Shown: piece by piece, positions 54,501 through 64,000 of the stretch | How positions within the stretch are numbered: the stretch's first letter is position 1 | Layout of the letters: every line of letters starts with the position of its first letter | Virus record (IMG/VR): IMGVR_UViG_3300027541_000009 | Location: 220,051-284,050 of that record | Strand: one strand, 5' to 3' | DNA: 64,000 nt | The notes under the pieces: generated by a model | What the model was told of the DNA's origin: nothing | The model's input: only the letters and a program-made list of their open reading frames with translations | Database searches by the model: none | Position numbers and translations under genes: made by a program

Positions 54501-56828
54501 CAAGGAAATACTGGATTTGGAATACAAGGTTCTCAAGGCATTCAAGGTTCTCAAGGTTCTCAGGGAAGATCTGGAAATGCAGGAGCTCAGGGAGCTCATG
54601 GTATACAAGGTGCTCAGGGTATTTCGGGAATTCTTGGTACTCAAGTAACAAGTATTTTATATGTAACCTCAGATGGAAACGACACAAACACAGGACTCAA
54701 ACTCGGAGATGCAAAAAGAACAATTGGAGCAGCTCTCACAGTAGCAACAACTGGAACAGTTATTAAGGTTACTTCTGGACATTATGTAGAAAATAATCCA
54801 CTAGTCCTTAAAAAACAAGTTTCAATTACTGGAGATAGTTTGAGAGAGGTATCAGTATCTCCACTAAATCCAGACCAAGATTTATTCCATGTTTCTGAAG
54901 GAAATTATGTGACTGAAATTTCATATACTGGTTCTTTAAATAAAGGAAAAGCAGTATTTGCATTTAATCCAAACCAGATAGGTTTTTCAAGCCAATCTCC
55001 TTATATTAGGAACTGTACTAATTTTATTGTCAACAGTATTGGAATGAAGATTGATGGTAACCATGTTCTTGGTCCATTTAAGAGTATGGTTACAGATTCC
55101 TTTACACAATACAATCAAAATGGTATTGGAGTTTCTATTACTAATGGTGGATATGCCCAGTTGGTATCATTGTTTACTATATGCAATGACATAGCTGTCT
55201 ATTGCGGATCTGGTGGAGCATGTGATTTAACAAACTCAAATGCTTCATTCGGTAATTATGGTCTTGTTGCTGATGGTGTAGGTAGTAAGAGTTATACTGG
55301 AATTGTTACTGAACAATCTTCAGCAAATTCAAGTACATTCGTAGTTAATTTGAATTCTCCAATTTTAGGTATAGTTTCTGCAAGATATGATAATACCACT
55401 GGAATATTAACTGCAACTACAAATATTCCCCATAAGTTTTCAGTTGGAATGGGAGTATCTTTACATGGTTTGGAATTTAATTGCCCTTCAGGTCCCGGAA
55501 TAGTCACATATCCTTCTGGAAGAAATGGGTATACATTCAATACCGTTTCTGTTGCTCCCGGTAGATACTATGATGCATATAATTTGATTCAATCAAATCG
55601 TCAAGAAATTGTTGATTTGGCATATAACGCCATAGGAGTTGCATATACTGACTTCACAAATCCAAGCCCAGATAAGTGCAAAAGAGATATTGGATATATT
55701 GTAGATGCAGTATCGATTGATGTTAGAGATTATACAAGTAAAAATACTTTAGATGCTACTAAAGCGTATTTTAAATTAGATGGATCAATTTTAACACATG
55801 GTGTTGATGGAGAAGTTCCTCAGACAATTGTTGGGTTTACTTCTGCAAGAGAATTAATGAAACTTGCGATTACTAATAATTTAACAAATAAGGATTTATC
55901 AATCATTGCAGATCCTCTTACAGGCATCAATACAAGTCCATCATCATGTGCCGATGTACAGTCATTCATAGACAATCTTGTTGGTATTATCACAACTCGC
56001 CTAAATGCAGGAAATATAAATGGAGCAAACGCTTTGCCAGCGGTTTCTATGGCAAGCACCACATTTAGTGTTTATGTTGGAGTTTCTACTCTTCCACATG
56101 CTCATATTTCAAATACAGGAACAGTAAATATCAGTATTGTAAGACCATTCGATGGTCAAGTAATTTATTTTGATAGATTATATTATACAATAAAAGGTAT
56201 TGGTATATCATCTGGAGGTAGTGGATATACTGGACCTGCAATAGTAACTATTGATCCACCAGAGTCTGACTGGGGCATACCAGCGACTGCATCTGTGCAA
56301 ATTACAAATGGATCAATTTCTTCAGTTGATATTATTTCCGAAGGTAGGGGATATACTGTTGCACCAAAAGTTACTTTTAGCTCCCCAAATGCAGGAATAA
56401 ATACAGCCATAGGATCGGCAATTATTTCTCCTGTATATTATGCAGTATTGAGTTCGACTCCAATTTCAAGTGGAATCTGTACTATTACTGTTAATGATAC
56501 AATTCCTTATGTAGTTGGTGTTGGCAGTGAAGTTAATTTCTTCAAACAAAGTCGTGTTTTAGCTTCTGGTCATTCTCTAGAATATATTGGTTCTGGTGTT
56601 GACATTGCAACAGCTCTTCCTAGAAATGGTGGTGTTCCTATTCAACAAAATGAAACTGATTCTAGAAATGGCGGATTGGTTGTTTATACTACTACCGATC
56701 AATCTGGCAATTTTAGAATTGGTGATGGAGTTGTTATTAATCAACAAACAGGAACAATCAGTGGTGCATCTTATACAAGAAGTTTATTTTCTACAATGAC
56801 ACCATTCATACTCGCATTAGGAGGATAA
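51561..56828 (+). CDS. collagen-like fibre protein with C-terminal beta-helix-like domain
   Basis: about 1000 aa of Gly-X-Gln; then LYV..DGND.N.G...AKRTI..A and [10 protein letters not shown]. Confidence 0.8.
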   Translation: MTDYNVTLGYTSDFVVTQEGYAAQGAQGTQGSQGIQGLDGSQGSQGLSGEFAGQGVQGTEGSQGLQGTDGAQGVQGSDGAQGVQGANGTQGLQGTQGRSGPQGFDGAQGLQGVQGIQGIQGNIGTQGSIGVQGQRGTQGNNGSQGSQGLQGLQGIQGDYGFQGTQGLQGSQGNLGSQGLRGPLGDQGIQGVQGLQGLQGLQGLQGLQGLQGLLGSQGIQGLRGQQGSQGTQGEQGIQGLQGLQGSQGLQGLLGSQGFQGSQGRTGTQGSLGVQGNLGSQGIQGDIGFQGLQGIQGSGSQGISGTQGLQGLSGEFAGQGAQGSLGYQGSQGIQGGLSAQGSQGLLGTQGLQGSQGIQGGLSTQGSQGSIGTQGSQGLIGVQGRLGSKGDLGSQGSQGSQGSQGIQGDEGPQGSQGIRGFGPQGVQGVQGNTGFGLQGIQGSFGDRGPQGLQGIFGPQGIQGLQGTSGSQGSQGLQGLSGEFAGQGVQGADGPQGIQGIQGIQGIQGENGPQGPQGPQGRFGGVGPQGFQGAQGIQGGLSAQGSQGSQGDVGLQGLQGLSGEFAGQGTQGAIGIQGYDGSQGSQGIQGLPGEFAGQGVQGSQGVQGTQGLQGLQGLQGLSGQFAGQGVQGSVGSQGFQGVQGNIGDPGNEGPPGPAGSQGVQGSIGEQGEQGEQGAQGISGEFVAQGAQGAQGLGGIQGLQGLQGLQGLQGLSGEFAGQGTQGTQGLRGEQGVQGIQGVQGIQGLDGTQGAQGSQGLQGPQGLQGLQGISGEFAGQGTQGTQGRVGTGVQGSSGNQGIQGLQGSQGFEGSQGARGERGLQGLQGISGEFVGQGAQGSSGLSGSQGAQGILGSTGVQGSQGIPGEFAGQGAQGSAGFSGSQGSQGIPGEFAGQGTQGSQGLIGIQGEIGAQGIQGFEGQGIQGSVGDIGSIGPIGPQGISGQFAGQGVQGSIGSQGIIGFGIQGSQGLPGEFAGQGVQGTQGVQGNTGFGIQGSQGIQGSQGSQGRSGNAGAQGAHGIQGAQGISGILGTQVTSILYVTSDGNDTNTGLKLGDAKRTIGAALTVATTGTVIKVTSGHYVENNPLVLKKQVSITGDSLREVSVSPLNPDQDLFHVSEGNYVTEISYTGSLNKGKAVFAFNPNQIGFSSQSPYIRNCTNFIVNSIGMKIDGNHVLGPFKSMVTDSFTQYNQNGIGVSITNGGYAQLVSLFTICNDIAVYCGSGGACDLTNSNASFGNYGLVADGVGSKSYTGIVTEQSSANSSTFVVNLNSPILGIVSARYDNTTGILTATTNIPHKFSVGMGVSLHGLEFNCPSGPGIVTYPSGRNGYTFNTVSVAPGRYYDAYNLIQSNRQEIVDLAYNAIGVAYTDFTNPSPDKCKRDIGYIVDAVSIDVRDYTSKNTLDATKAYFKLDGSILTHGVDGEVPQTIVGFTSARELMKLAITNNLTNKDLSIIADPLTGINTSPSSCADVQSFIDNLVGIITTRLNAGNINGANALPAVSMASTTFSVYVGVSTLPHAHISNTGTVNISIVRPFDGQVIYFDRLYYTIKGIGISSGGSGYTGPAIVTIDPPESDWGIPATASVQITNGSISSVDIISEGRGYTVAPKVTFSSPNAGINTAIGSAIISPVYYAVLSSTPISSGICTITVNDTIPYVVGVGSEVNFFKQSRVLASGHSLEYIGSGVDIATALPRNGGVPIQQNETDSRNGGLVVYTTTDQSGNFRIGDGVVINQQTGTISGASYTRSLFSTMTPFILALGG
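51630..54640 (+). repeat. (Gly-X-Gln)n low-complexity tract
   Basis: CAAGG/CAGGG 9-bp periodicity; 14 G[EQ]F[AV][GA]QG interruptions. Confidence 0.9.
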
Positions 56829-56832
56829 TAAC

Positions 56833-57162
56833 ATGGCATTAGCACTTAATGTATTTCAGACAGTAACTTCAGTAGTTTCTACAAGTCCAGTAGAAGTTTA
56901 CACTGCTCCAGTCGGATATACTGGCGTTGTTCTTTTGGCACAAGTCACAAATATCGGAGCATCTCCCTACGATATAACATTTATTCATAGAAGAAGCTCT
57001 ACTGATACTGAATTGGTAAAAAATTATCCAATTTCGGGAAATGATACTGCAAATCTTCTCTCAGGAAAATTGGTTCTTGAGAGTGGAGATAAATTAGTTT
57101 TGTCGGGAAGTGATGCAACTAATTTAAAATTCATTGCAAGTATTTTAGAAACTCTTAACTAA
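56833..57162 (+). CDS. small fibre-associated protein
   Basis: VYTAP.GY..VVL..Q.TN, GKLVLESGD.L. Confidence 0.65.
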   Translation: MALALNVFQTVTSVVSTSPVEVYTAPVGYTGVVLLAQVTNIGASPYDITFIHRRSSTDTELVKNYPISGNDTANLLSGKLVLESGDKLVLSGSDATNLKFIASILETLN

Positions 57163-57169
57163 TACGAAA

Positions 57170-59788
57170 ATGACAAAATATCTCAGTAACAGACAAAAAA
57201 ATCTTAAGGTTGGTATCATATCATATACCGAAAGTAGTACGGTATTAGAAGTTACTGGGAAGGTTGGTATTGGTACAACAAATGCTTCATCAAAACTTCA
57301 TGTAATTGATGATGTATTAATAACAGGTGTTGTTACCGCATCATCATTTTCTGGGACTGGTGGATATTTAACTCTAGGTTCTGCTGATGATGGAAGTTTA
57401 ACATCATCAGGAGCATTGAATACATTCACAACCAATACAAAAATTGTCAATAGTATAGATGATTTAAACGAACTGGCATTTAATATTATTAGAAACACTG
57501 CAGTTACTAATGTCGATTTTTCATCAAATGTGGTGACTGGAGGTTCTCCTTTATCAATTACTTTATCAGTTACAAGTTCCGGAAACGCAAATAGGTATGA
57601 TGTTGATTGGGGCGATGGAACTACAACTTCTAACTACGCTTCTGCTTCTATTCCACATACATATACCCAACCTGCGGGAGGATTATTCTCAATCTCTTTG
57701 GTCGCCAAAAATAACTCCGGAATTGGAGCAGGGAGTAGTTATTCTGCGGCAAAGAGTAATTATATTACAGTTTATACACCAGATCCAGTTGTTACTTTTG
57801 ATTTATACAGAGCATCATCTGGAGGTACTGCTCTCTCAGGTAATGATTTATATGTTGTAGAAGGGCAATCTTTATACTTAGATAATAATACAACAAATAC
57901 TAATGGCGCAACAGTTAATTATACAATGAACTGGGGAGATGGATCAACTAATGATTCTATCCTAATTAATACTGCTAATGGAGGTGCTGATGCTTCTGCC
58001 GCTAGACTTCAGCATACTTGGAGTCAAGGTACAAATAGTTCTACAAGTAGAGATACACTTACACTAACTTTAAACGCACACAATACAGCAAACCCATCTG
58101 TTATTCCTGCTACTGGAACATCACTATTAAAAGTTTATGATGATGCTCCAACTGCACCAGATGGACTAAGCAGCAAAACATTATCGAATGTTACTAGCAC
58201 CGGGACTAGTCCAAGACTTGTTTCTGGATTTACTGATAATACTGGAGGTACAACACTAACAGCAGGTACTGATGTTAATCGCGTAACTAGTGGAACTGCT
58301 GAAGCAACAGCAATTTCTTCTTTTGCATATGATGCAAACAATGGAACTCTTACAGCACAGGTGAATGGTTCTTCAGATGGTTCCCGAGTATTAACTAGTG
58401 GAGATGATTCAGGAACTTATACGAGTTTGGTGATTACTGAAGAGAGTGATTATCAATTATTGAATTCTTCTGGTTCTACCACTACTTTCGCATCAAGCAT
58501 ATATTATCCAGGATTATATAAAGGATTCAAAGCAAAAGTTTCTAAATTAGTTTCTTCTTTAGCAACTGGTGTGAATAGTATGCAGTTGCTTCATAGTTCT
58601 ACTGGAAATACTAATACAGTGCAGTTTGTGAAAGATGATATAACCGCTACACCCGTTGTCAGTATTTCTACAGCAACACTTACCGAAAATGTTGCCGGCA
58701 CTTATCGATATGTTTCTGGTATTCCTTATTATAATACTGGTTCACCATCTCTTACTTTATCTGGACTGACAGTTACTAACCTTACTGGGCAGACATATAC
58801 TAATCAATCTAATATTGTTGAAGTTGATACTGGAACAAACCAAGAAGGAACTTCAAGTGCGGCTACAAATGATACTGATTACACTTATGCTCAGATTGAT
58901 GGTCCTTCAAGTATGCTGAGTGGTGGGATACCGATTGCTAATGTTGGAGTGTCTTCACCATATGCTATTGCAAGTTTGACCGTTCCAATCACATCATCAA
59001 GCGTAAGAACTGTTGATAGAGTTAGAGTTCGTGCTAAGAATGTAAATGGAACCAGTAGTTACACAAGTGATATTTCAACGAACATTCAAGTTCATACTGC
59101 ATCTCAATCTGGAATTTCCGAAATTTCTATAGCAGTTCCTTCTGGACTTGGTGATGGAACTTACACTGACAATGGTAAGAGAATATATGATTTTGGTCCC
59201 GGAATTACTACAAACACTCCATCATATAGTGGCGTAACTAATTTTTACACCAACAACCCATATTCAGAATCTTCTTCTCCTGCGGGAATTACTGCAACAA
59301 GAGAAGCGGTTGTGAGATTGGGTAGCATCACTCATAATCAAGTGAACTACTCAACTGGATATCTCCCAGTTGGTCCAGATTTTTCATCTGGAAGAAGTGG
59401 AACTCAGTATTTCACTTTTGCATTTAGAAGAAAAGTTGTTGCTAACTTTGATATTAATATCACAAGTTCTACAGGTATTTCGGGTCTCTGGATTGCTGCA
59501 CCCGGAACAAGTATAGATACTACAAGTGGATTAAATGGTTGGTTAAAAGCAGACACTGCTTATGCAGGTTCCGGTGTTCCGGGGAGTGGATCTGGTGGAA
59601 ATGGTTCTGATGGTTGTGCTGTTACTAATGGAGATAGAATTATTGCTTCAACATCTTTAAGTGGTGGATATACTATGACCTTAGGTAGCGAAAATATGAG
59701 TAATGCTACTGGCAATGTTGTTCTCGTAAGAATTGCTTTAACATCTGGACAATCTATAACGAGTCTTAGCATAGGAGCTGCTGCGTAA
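57170..59788 (+). CDS. PKD-domain structural/adhesin protein
   Basis: DVDWGDG..., MNWGDGS..., HTY; Ser/Thr/Gly rich. Confidence 0.7.
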   Translation: MTKYLSNRQKNLKVGIISYTESSTVLEVTGKVGIGTTNASSKLHVIDDVLITGVVTASSFSGTGGYLTLGSADDGSLTSSGALNTFTTNTKIVNSIDDLNELAFNIIRNTAVTNVDFSSNVVTGGSPLSITLSVTSSGNANRYDVDWGDGTTTSNYASASIPHTYTQPAGGLFSISLVAKNNSGIGAGSSYSAAKSNYITVYTPDPVVTFDLYRASSGGTALSGNDLYVVEGQSLYLDNNTTNTNGATVNYTMNWGDGSTNDSILINTANGGADASAARLQHTWSQGTNSSTSRDTLTLTLNAHNTANPSVIPATGTSLLKVYDDAPTAPDGLSSKTLSNVTSTGTSPRLVSGFTDNTGGTTLTAGTDVNRVTSGTAEATAISSFAYDANNGTLTAQVNGSSDGSRVLTSGDDSGTYTSLVITEESDYQLLNSSGSTTTFASSIYYPGLYKGFKAKVSKLVSSLATGVNSMQLLHSSTGNTNTVQFVKDDITATPVVSISTATLTENVAGTYRYVSGIPYYNTGSPSLTLSGLTVTNLTGQTYTNQSNIVEVDTGTNQEGTSSAATNDTDYTYAQIDGPSSMLSGGIPIANVGVSSPYAIASLTVPITSSSVRTVDRVRVRAKNVNGTSSYTSDISTNIQVHTASQSGISEISIAVPSGLGDGTYTDNGKRIYDFGPGITTNTPSYSGVTNFYTNNPYSESSSPAGITATREAVVRLGSITHNQVNYSTGYLPVGPDFSSGRSGTQYFTFAFRRKVVANFDINITSSTGISGLWIAAPGTSIDTTSGLNGWLKADTAYAGSGVPGSGSGGNGSDGCAVTNGDRIIASTSLSGGYTMTLGSENMSNATGNVVLVRIALTSGQSITSLSIGAAA

Positions 59789-59789
59789 A

Positions 59790-62700
59790 ATGGCCATTTC
59801 AAACGATCAGAAGATTGATTATCTCTGGAAAAAACTTGGTTACGGTAGAACAAAAACCGATGTCTCGACAATCAAAGATGCGGTTAATGAATCTATTTCA
59901 AGTCCTCTACTAATAAGAGGGGATAATGTTTGGTCACAATCAAATCTAATTCCGGGAACAATTCCCGGCAGCAGCACATCAGTAGTTACTTTATATCCAA
60001 CATCATTACCTGTAGAATGTATTGCTGATATTACATCATCAACAAATAGGACTTGGAAGACAAATATAACAGATTGGATTCCTCCCGAAATTGGTTCTAC
60101 TTATCTTGTAAAAGTATATGTTCATACCTCAGGAAATGCAGCAACTGCCGCTTCATCAGGAACTCAATTAATTGCTGCTGGTTCTGGTAATAATGACGAA
60201 TGGTTCTTTGATTATCAATCTGGAACTTTAAACTTTATTGGAACTAATCTTCCAAGTGGAGTCAATTTTAGTGGGAAGAGTATCTATATTAGTGGAGCAG
60301 TTTATAGTGGAGTTAAAGGAGTAGCAGTTGCTGGAGCAGCATCATCCTTTTCTTCAATATATGTTTCTGGTATTGGTACTGTTACTACTCTGGATAGCAC
60401 TACAGGGGCAGTAACTAATCTCAGTGGTACAAATATCAACTATACTGGTATTGGTACTATTACAACTTTAAACGGCACTACAGCAAATTTAACCAATATC
60501 AGTGGTACTAATATCAATTACAATGGTATTGGTACTATTGCGACTTTAAACAGCACTACAGGAACAGTAACTAACCTTAGCGGTACAAGTGCAAATTATT
60601 CTGGAATCATAACTGCATCATCTTTCCACCCAAGTAGTGGATATATCCAAGCAGCGGATGGAACTAATTCATTCTACATCTATAGCGGAACTGGAAATGT
60701 AGCATTTCAGGGAACTATTGGTGTAGGTACAATCAATAACACATCCGGACATAAGGCACTTGATTTCGGTTCAACAACCACACCATCAGTTAATATTACA
60801 AATAGTTTAAATGTTGGTAGTGGAGTATCAGTTGTTGGTGTAGTAACGGCATCAAGTTTTAGCGGAACTGCAACATCTACAACTAATATTCCAAATTTAA
60901 CTGGCGATGTAACTTCAGATAATACTGTAACTACTCTTGCAACAGTTAATAATAATGTTGGAACTTTTGGTTCCCAAACTTCAATTCCAAGCATCACTGT
61001 CAATGCAAAAGGTTTAGTTACTGGAGTAACTACCAGTTCAATTATTGTTGGTGATGGAACGCTTACTCTACAAACATCTGGCATTGGGTTGTCTGGATCA
61101 CAAACTTTTACTGCTAATCAAAGTAATAATACAACATTTACGGTAACTTCTAATGCTACAAGCGATAACACTTCTTCATCAATAGTAGCAAGAGATTCGT
61201 CTGGCAATTTTAATGCGGGAATAATTACCGCTACAACATTTTCAGGATCTCTTCAAGGTAATGCATCTACAGCAACTGCTCTTCAAAACTCAAGAACATT
61301 TGAAATTACCGGAGATATTGTTGCATCTGCAATTAGTTTTGATGGAACCGGCAATGTATCATTAGCAGCAACAATTCAACCAAATAGTGTTGGATTAGGA
61401 ACTGATACAACTGGGGATTATGTCCAAACAATTTCCGGAACTGCAAATCAAATTACAGTTACCAGCGGAACTGGAGAGAGTTCTTCACCAGTATTAAGCA
61501 TCCCAAATCAATTTACTGCTCCACAAGATGTAACAGTTACGCGAGATTTATTTGTCAATCGCGATTTAAGTGTAACGGGTAATATTACAATTGGGGGAAC
61601 ATCTGCAGCAATCTTTTCACAATCATTAAATGTATTCGACCCAGACATTGTTCTTGGATTTAGAACTGATGCACTTGGCAATGATGTTTCAAATGATAAT
61701 ACGGCAAATCATGGTGGCGTTGCAGTCGCATCAACAGAAGGAACTCCATTAGTTCAGTTATTCATCGCTGGTATCGAAACAAATCCTGCCACATATAAGA
61801 AAATTATGTGGTTCAAGGCAGGTGAGTTTGCTGGACTCGGAACTGATGCTTGGTTGATAAACTATGCTGTAGGTATTGGCAGTACACAATTCCCATATGG
61901 AACCAGATTAGCGGCAGGTGCTGTTCAATTCACTGAAAGTGATTTAGCAGTCGTAAGAAATATTAATGCTTCTGGCATAAGCACCATTATAACTTTAAAC
62001 AGCACCACAGGAACAGTAACTAATCTTAGTGGTACTGATATTAACTACAGTGGTGTTGGTACTATTGTCACTCTGAATAGTACCAACGGAACGGTAACTA
62101 ACCTCAATGGTACTAATATCAATTATAGTGGTATTGGTACTATTGCAACTCTTAATAGTACTACTGGAACAGTAACTGATCTTAGTGGTACTGATATTAA
62201 CTACAGCGGTGTCGGTACTGTAGTTAACCTAAATGGAACTAATATCAATTATACTGGTGTTGGCACTATTGCAACATTGAATAGTACTACTGGAGCAGTA
62301 ACTAATCTCAGCGGCACTGATATTAACTACAGTGGTATTGGTACTATTACTACACTGAATAGCACTACTGGGACCGTAACTAACCTAAGTGGTACGAATG
62401 TAAATTATAATGGCATTGGTACTATTGCAACTCTTAATAGTACTACAGGGGCAGTAACTAACCTTAGTGGCACAAATGTTAATTATACTGGTATTGGTAC
62501 TATTGCAACACTGAATAGTACTACAGGAACAGTAACCAATCTCAATGGAACTAATATCAATTATAGTGGTATTGGTACTATTGCAACTCTTAATAGTACT
62601 ACTGGAACCGTAACTAACCTAAGTGGTACGAATGTAAATTATAATGGCATTGGTACTATAACCAATCTTGGTGGTATAAATGCCAATTATGCTGGTATTG

Positions 62701-64000
62701 GTACGATTGCGACTTTAAACAGCACTACAGGAACAGTAACCAACCTTAGTGGTACAAATATTGATTATACTGGTATTGGTACTATAACCAATCTTGGTGG
62801 TATTGATATCAATTATACTGGTATTGGTACTATTGCAACTTTAAACAGTACTACTGGTTCTGTTACAACTTTAATAGGAACAGATATTAACTATAGTGGT
62901 ATTGGTACTGTAACCAACTTAAATGGAACTAATATCAATTATACTGGTATTGGCACTGTTGTTACACTGAATAGTACTGCAGGAACAGTAACCAATCTCA
63001 ATGGAACTAATATCAACTATAGTGGTATTGGTACTATTGCGACTTTCAATAGTACAAACTCTACGATTGATAATTTAAATTCGACTAATATCAATGTTTC
63101 TGGTCTCTCCACTTTTGCTGGTATTACAACAGTTGCTGGACCAACATTATTCACCAAACAATTAAGTGTTTCTGGTGTTTCCACATTCCATGGTGATGTA
63201 AAAATTACTGATGGCAAGAGTGTTTACTTTGGTGACGGCAATGATTTAAGAATTTATCACGATGGGGGCAATAGTTTTATTCGCGATATTGGAGTTGGAA
63301 ATCTCTTTATTGATGCTTCCAACACTTATCATAGAGCTAGCTCACATCTTTTCTATGATGATACGGGAAATAAAACTCTTGCTACTTTTACTGCGGATGG
63401 TTCGATTTCACTTTATTATGACAATTTAAAAGTATTTGAAACCTCTGGAATTGGTGCAACTGTTTATGGTACTCTAAACACTCAAGATCTTAATGTAACC
63501 GGAGTAGGTACTGTTACAACTTTGAACAGTACTACTGGATTCATCACAACTCTAACAGGAACAGATATTAATTATACTGGTATTAGTACTTTTACCACTC
63601 TAAACAGCACCGAAGGAACGGTAACTAATCTTAGTGGTACTGATATTAACTACAGTGGTATTGGTACTGTAACCAACTTAAATGGAACTAATATCAATTA
63701 TACTGGTATTGGCACTGTTGTTACACTAAACAGCACTACAGGAACAGTAACTAATCTCAATGGTACTGATATTAACTATAGTGGTGTTGGTACTATTGCT
63801 ACACTGAACAGTACTACTGGAACAGTAACTAATCTCAATGGTACTGATATTAACTATAGTGGTGTTGGTACTATTGCTACACTGAACAGTACTACTGGAA
63901 CAGTAACTAATCTCAATGGTACTGATATTAACTATAGTGGTGTTGGTACTATTGCTACACTGAACAGTACTACTGGAACAGTAACTAATCTCAATGGTAC
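59790..64000 (+). CDS. long tail-fibre-like protein with Thr/Asn solenoid repeats (partial, runs off the window)
   Basis: ATG 59790 (MAISNDQKIDYLWKKLGYG...); frame at the window end matches the start; absent from the track, consistent with no stop before the edge. Confidence 0.8.
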   Translation, partial: MAISNDQKIDYLWKKLGYGRTKTDVSTIKDAVNESISSPLLIRGDNVWSQSNLIPGTIPGSSTSVVTLYPTSLPVECIADITSSTNRTWKTNITDWIPPEIGSTYLVKVYVHTSGNAATAASSGTQLIAAGSGNNDEWFFDYQSGTLNFIGTNLPSGVNFSGKSIYISGAVYSGVKGVAVAGAASSFSSIYVSGIGTVTTLDSTTGAVTNLSGTNINYTGIGTITTLNGTTANLTNISGTNINYNGIGTIATLNSTTGTVTNLSGTSANYSGIITASSFHPSSGYIQAADGTNSFYIYSGTGNVAFQGTIGVGTINNTSGHKALDFGSTTTPSVNITNSLNVGSGVSVVGVVTASSFSGTATSTTNIPNLTGDVTSDNTVTTLATVNNNVGTFGSQTSIPSITVNAKGLVTGVTTSSIIVGDGTLTLQTSGIGLSGSQTFTANQSNNTTFTVTSNATSDNTSSSIVARDSSGNFNAGIITATTFSGSLQGNASTATALQNSRTFEITGDIVASAISFDGTGNVSLAATIQPNSVGLGTDTTGDYVQTISGTANQITVTSGTGESSSPVLSIPNQFTAPQDVTVTRDLFVNRDLSVTGNITIGGTSAAIFSQSLNVFDPDIVLGFRTDALGNDVSNDNTANHGGVAVASTEGTPLVQLFIAGIETNPATYKKIMWFKAGEFAGLGTDAWLINYAVGIGSTQFPYGTRLAAGAVQFTESDLAVVRNINASGISTIITLNSTTGTVTNLSGTDINYSGVGTIVTLNSTNGTVTNLNGTNINYSGIGTIATLNSTTGTVTDLSGTDINYSGVGTVVNLNGTNINYTGVGTIATLNSTTGAVTNLSGTDINYSGIGTITTLNSTTGTVTNLSGTNVNYNGIGTIATLNSTTGAVTNLSGTNVNYTGIGTIATLNSTTGTVTNLNGTNINYSGIGTIATLNSTTGTVTNLSGTNVNYNGIGTITNLGGINANYAGIGTIATLNSTTGTVTNLSGTNIDYTGIGTITNLGGIDINYTGIGTIATLNSTTGSVTTLIGTDINYSGIGTVTNLNGTNINYTGIGTVVTLNSTAGTVTNLNGTNINYSGIGTIATFNSTNSTIDNLNSTNINVSGLSTFAGITTVAGPTLFTKQLSVSGVSTFHGDVKITDGKSVYFGDGNDLRIYHDGGNSFIRDIGVGNLFIDASNTYHRASSHLFYDDTGNKTLATFTADGSISLYYDNLKVFETSGIGATVYGTLNTQDLNVTGVGTVTTLNSTTGFITTLTGTDINYTGISTFTTLNSTEGTVTNLSGTDINYSGIGTVTNLNGTNINYTGIGTVVTLNSTTGTVTNLNGTDINYSGVGTIATLNSTTGTVTNLNGTDINYSGVGTIATLNSTTGTVTNLNGTDINYSGVGTIATLNSTTGTVTNLNG
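63741..64000 (+). repeat. perfect 78-bp tandem repeat (3.3 copies)
   Basis: units start at 63741, 63819, 63897, 63975; encode GTVTNLNGTDINYSGVGTIATLNSTT. Confidence 0.95.

Noticed and set aside
51577-54687. Long alternative-frame and antisense ORFs over the collagen tract
   Set aside because: Expected by-product of the 9-bp periodic, stop-poor sequence; the products are low-complexity LEN/KVL strings.
59790-64000. Fibre repeats as a diversity-generating retroelement (TR/VR)
   Set aside because: No reverse transcriptase is present, and differences between repeats are mostly synonymous rather than adenine-specific.
1-64000. tRNA, rRNA or photosynthesis auxiliary genes
   Set aside because: No cloverleaf (GTTCGAATC-type T-arm with acceptor stem), rRNA-like stretch or psbA/hli/pstS-type ORF was recognised by eye; tRNAscan-SE would be needed to exclude tRNAs formally.

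Overview
One-strand-dominated segment of a large T4-like myovirus, most likely a cyanomyovirus. The host is inferred from gene order and gene families only; no photosynthesis genes lie in this window. 1-20.5 kb is an early/accessory region of about 70 mostly tiny ORFs, organised by 14 near-identical 29-bp direct repeats (ACTTGGATCCTCTAAAGTGTACCTATAGT) that sit between a stop codon and the next gene. It also carries a Dam methylase, a MutH/Sau3AI-like nuclease, an MvaI/BcnI-type REase-MTase pair, an SF2 helicase, a ligase-like KxDG protein, two antisense homing endonucleases with T4 late promoters, and late genes with T4 capsid-targeting-like N-termini. 18.96-20.78 kb is a boundary zone with four perfect TTTTCCACA (DnaA-type) boxes, divergent sigma70 promoters around a C-run tract, a hairpin-occluded late promoter and a GC-rich non-coding island. 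21.3-23.4 kb has a GT-A glycosyltransferase and a gene broken by an in-frame TAA. 23.4-51.2 kb is the baseplate/neck/terminase module (gp25, gp6, gp7-like, gp8, VrlC-like, gp13, gp14, gp15, gp16). 51.2-64 kb is a fibre/adhesin island (Gly-X-Gln collagen-like protein, PKD protein, Thr/Asn solenoid-repeat protein that runs off the end). Best candidates for new biology: (i) the GATC-containing cassette-repeat array together with Dam and a MutH-like nuclease, and (ii) the DnaA-box cluster. All family calls come from motif recognition by eye; no database search was run.
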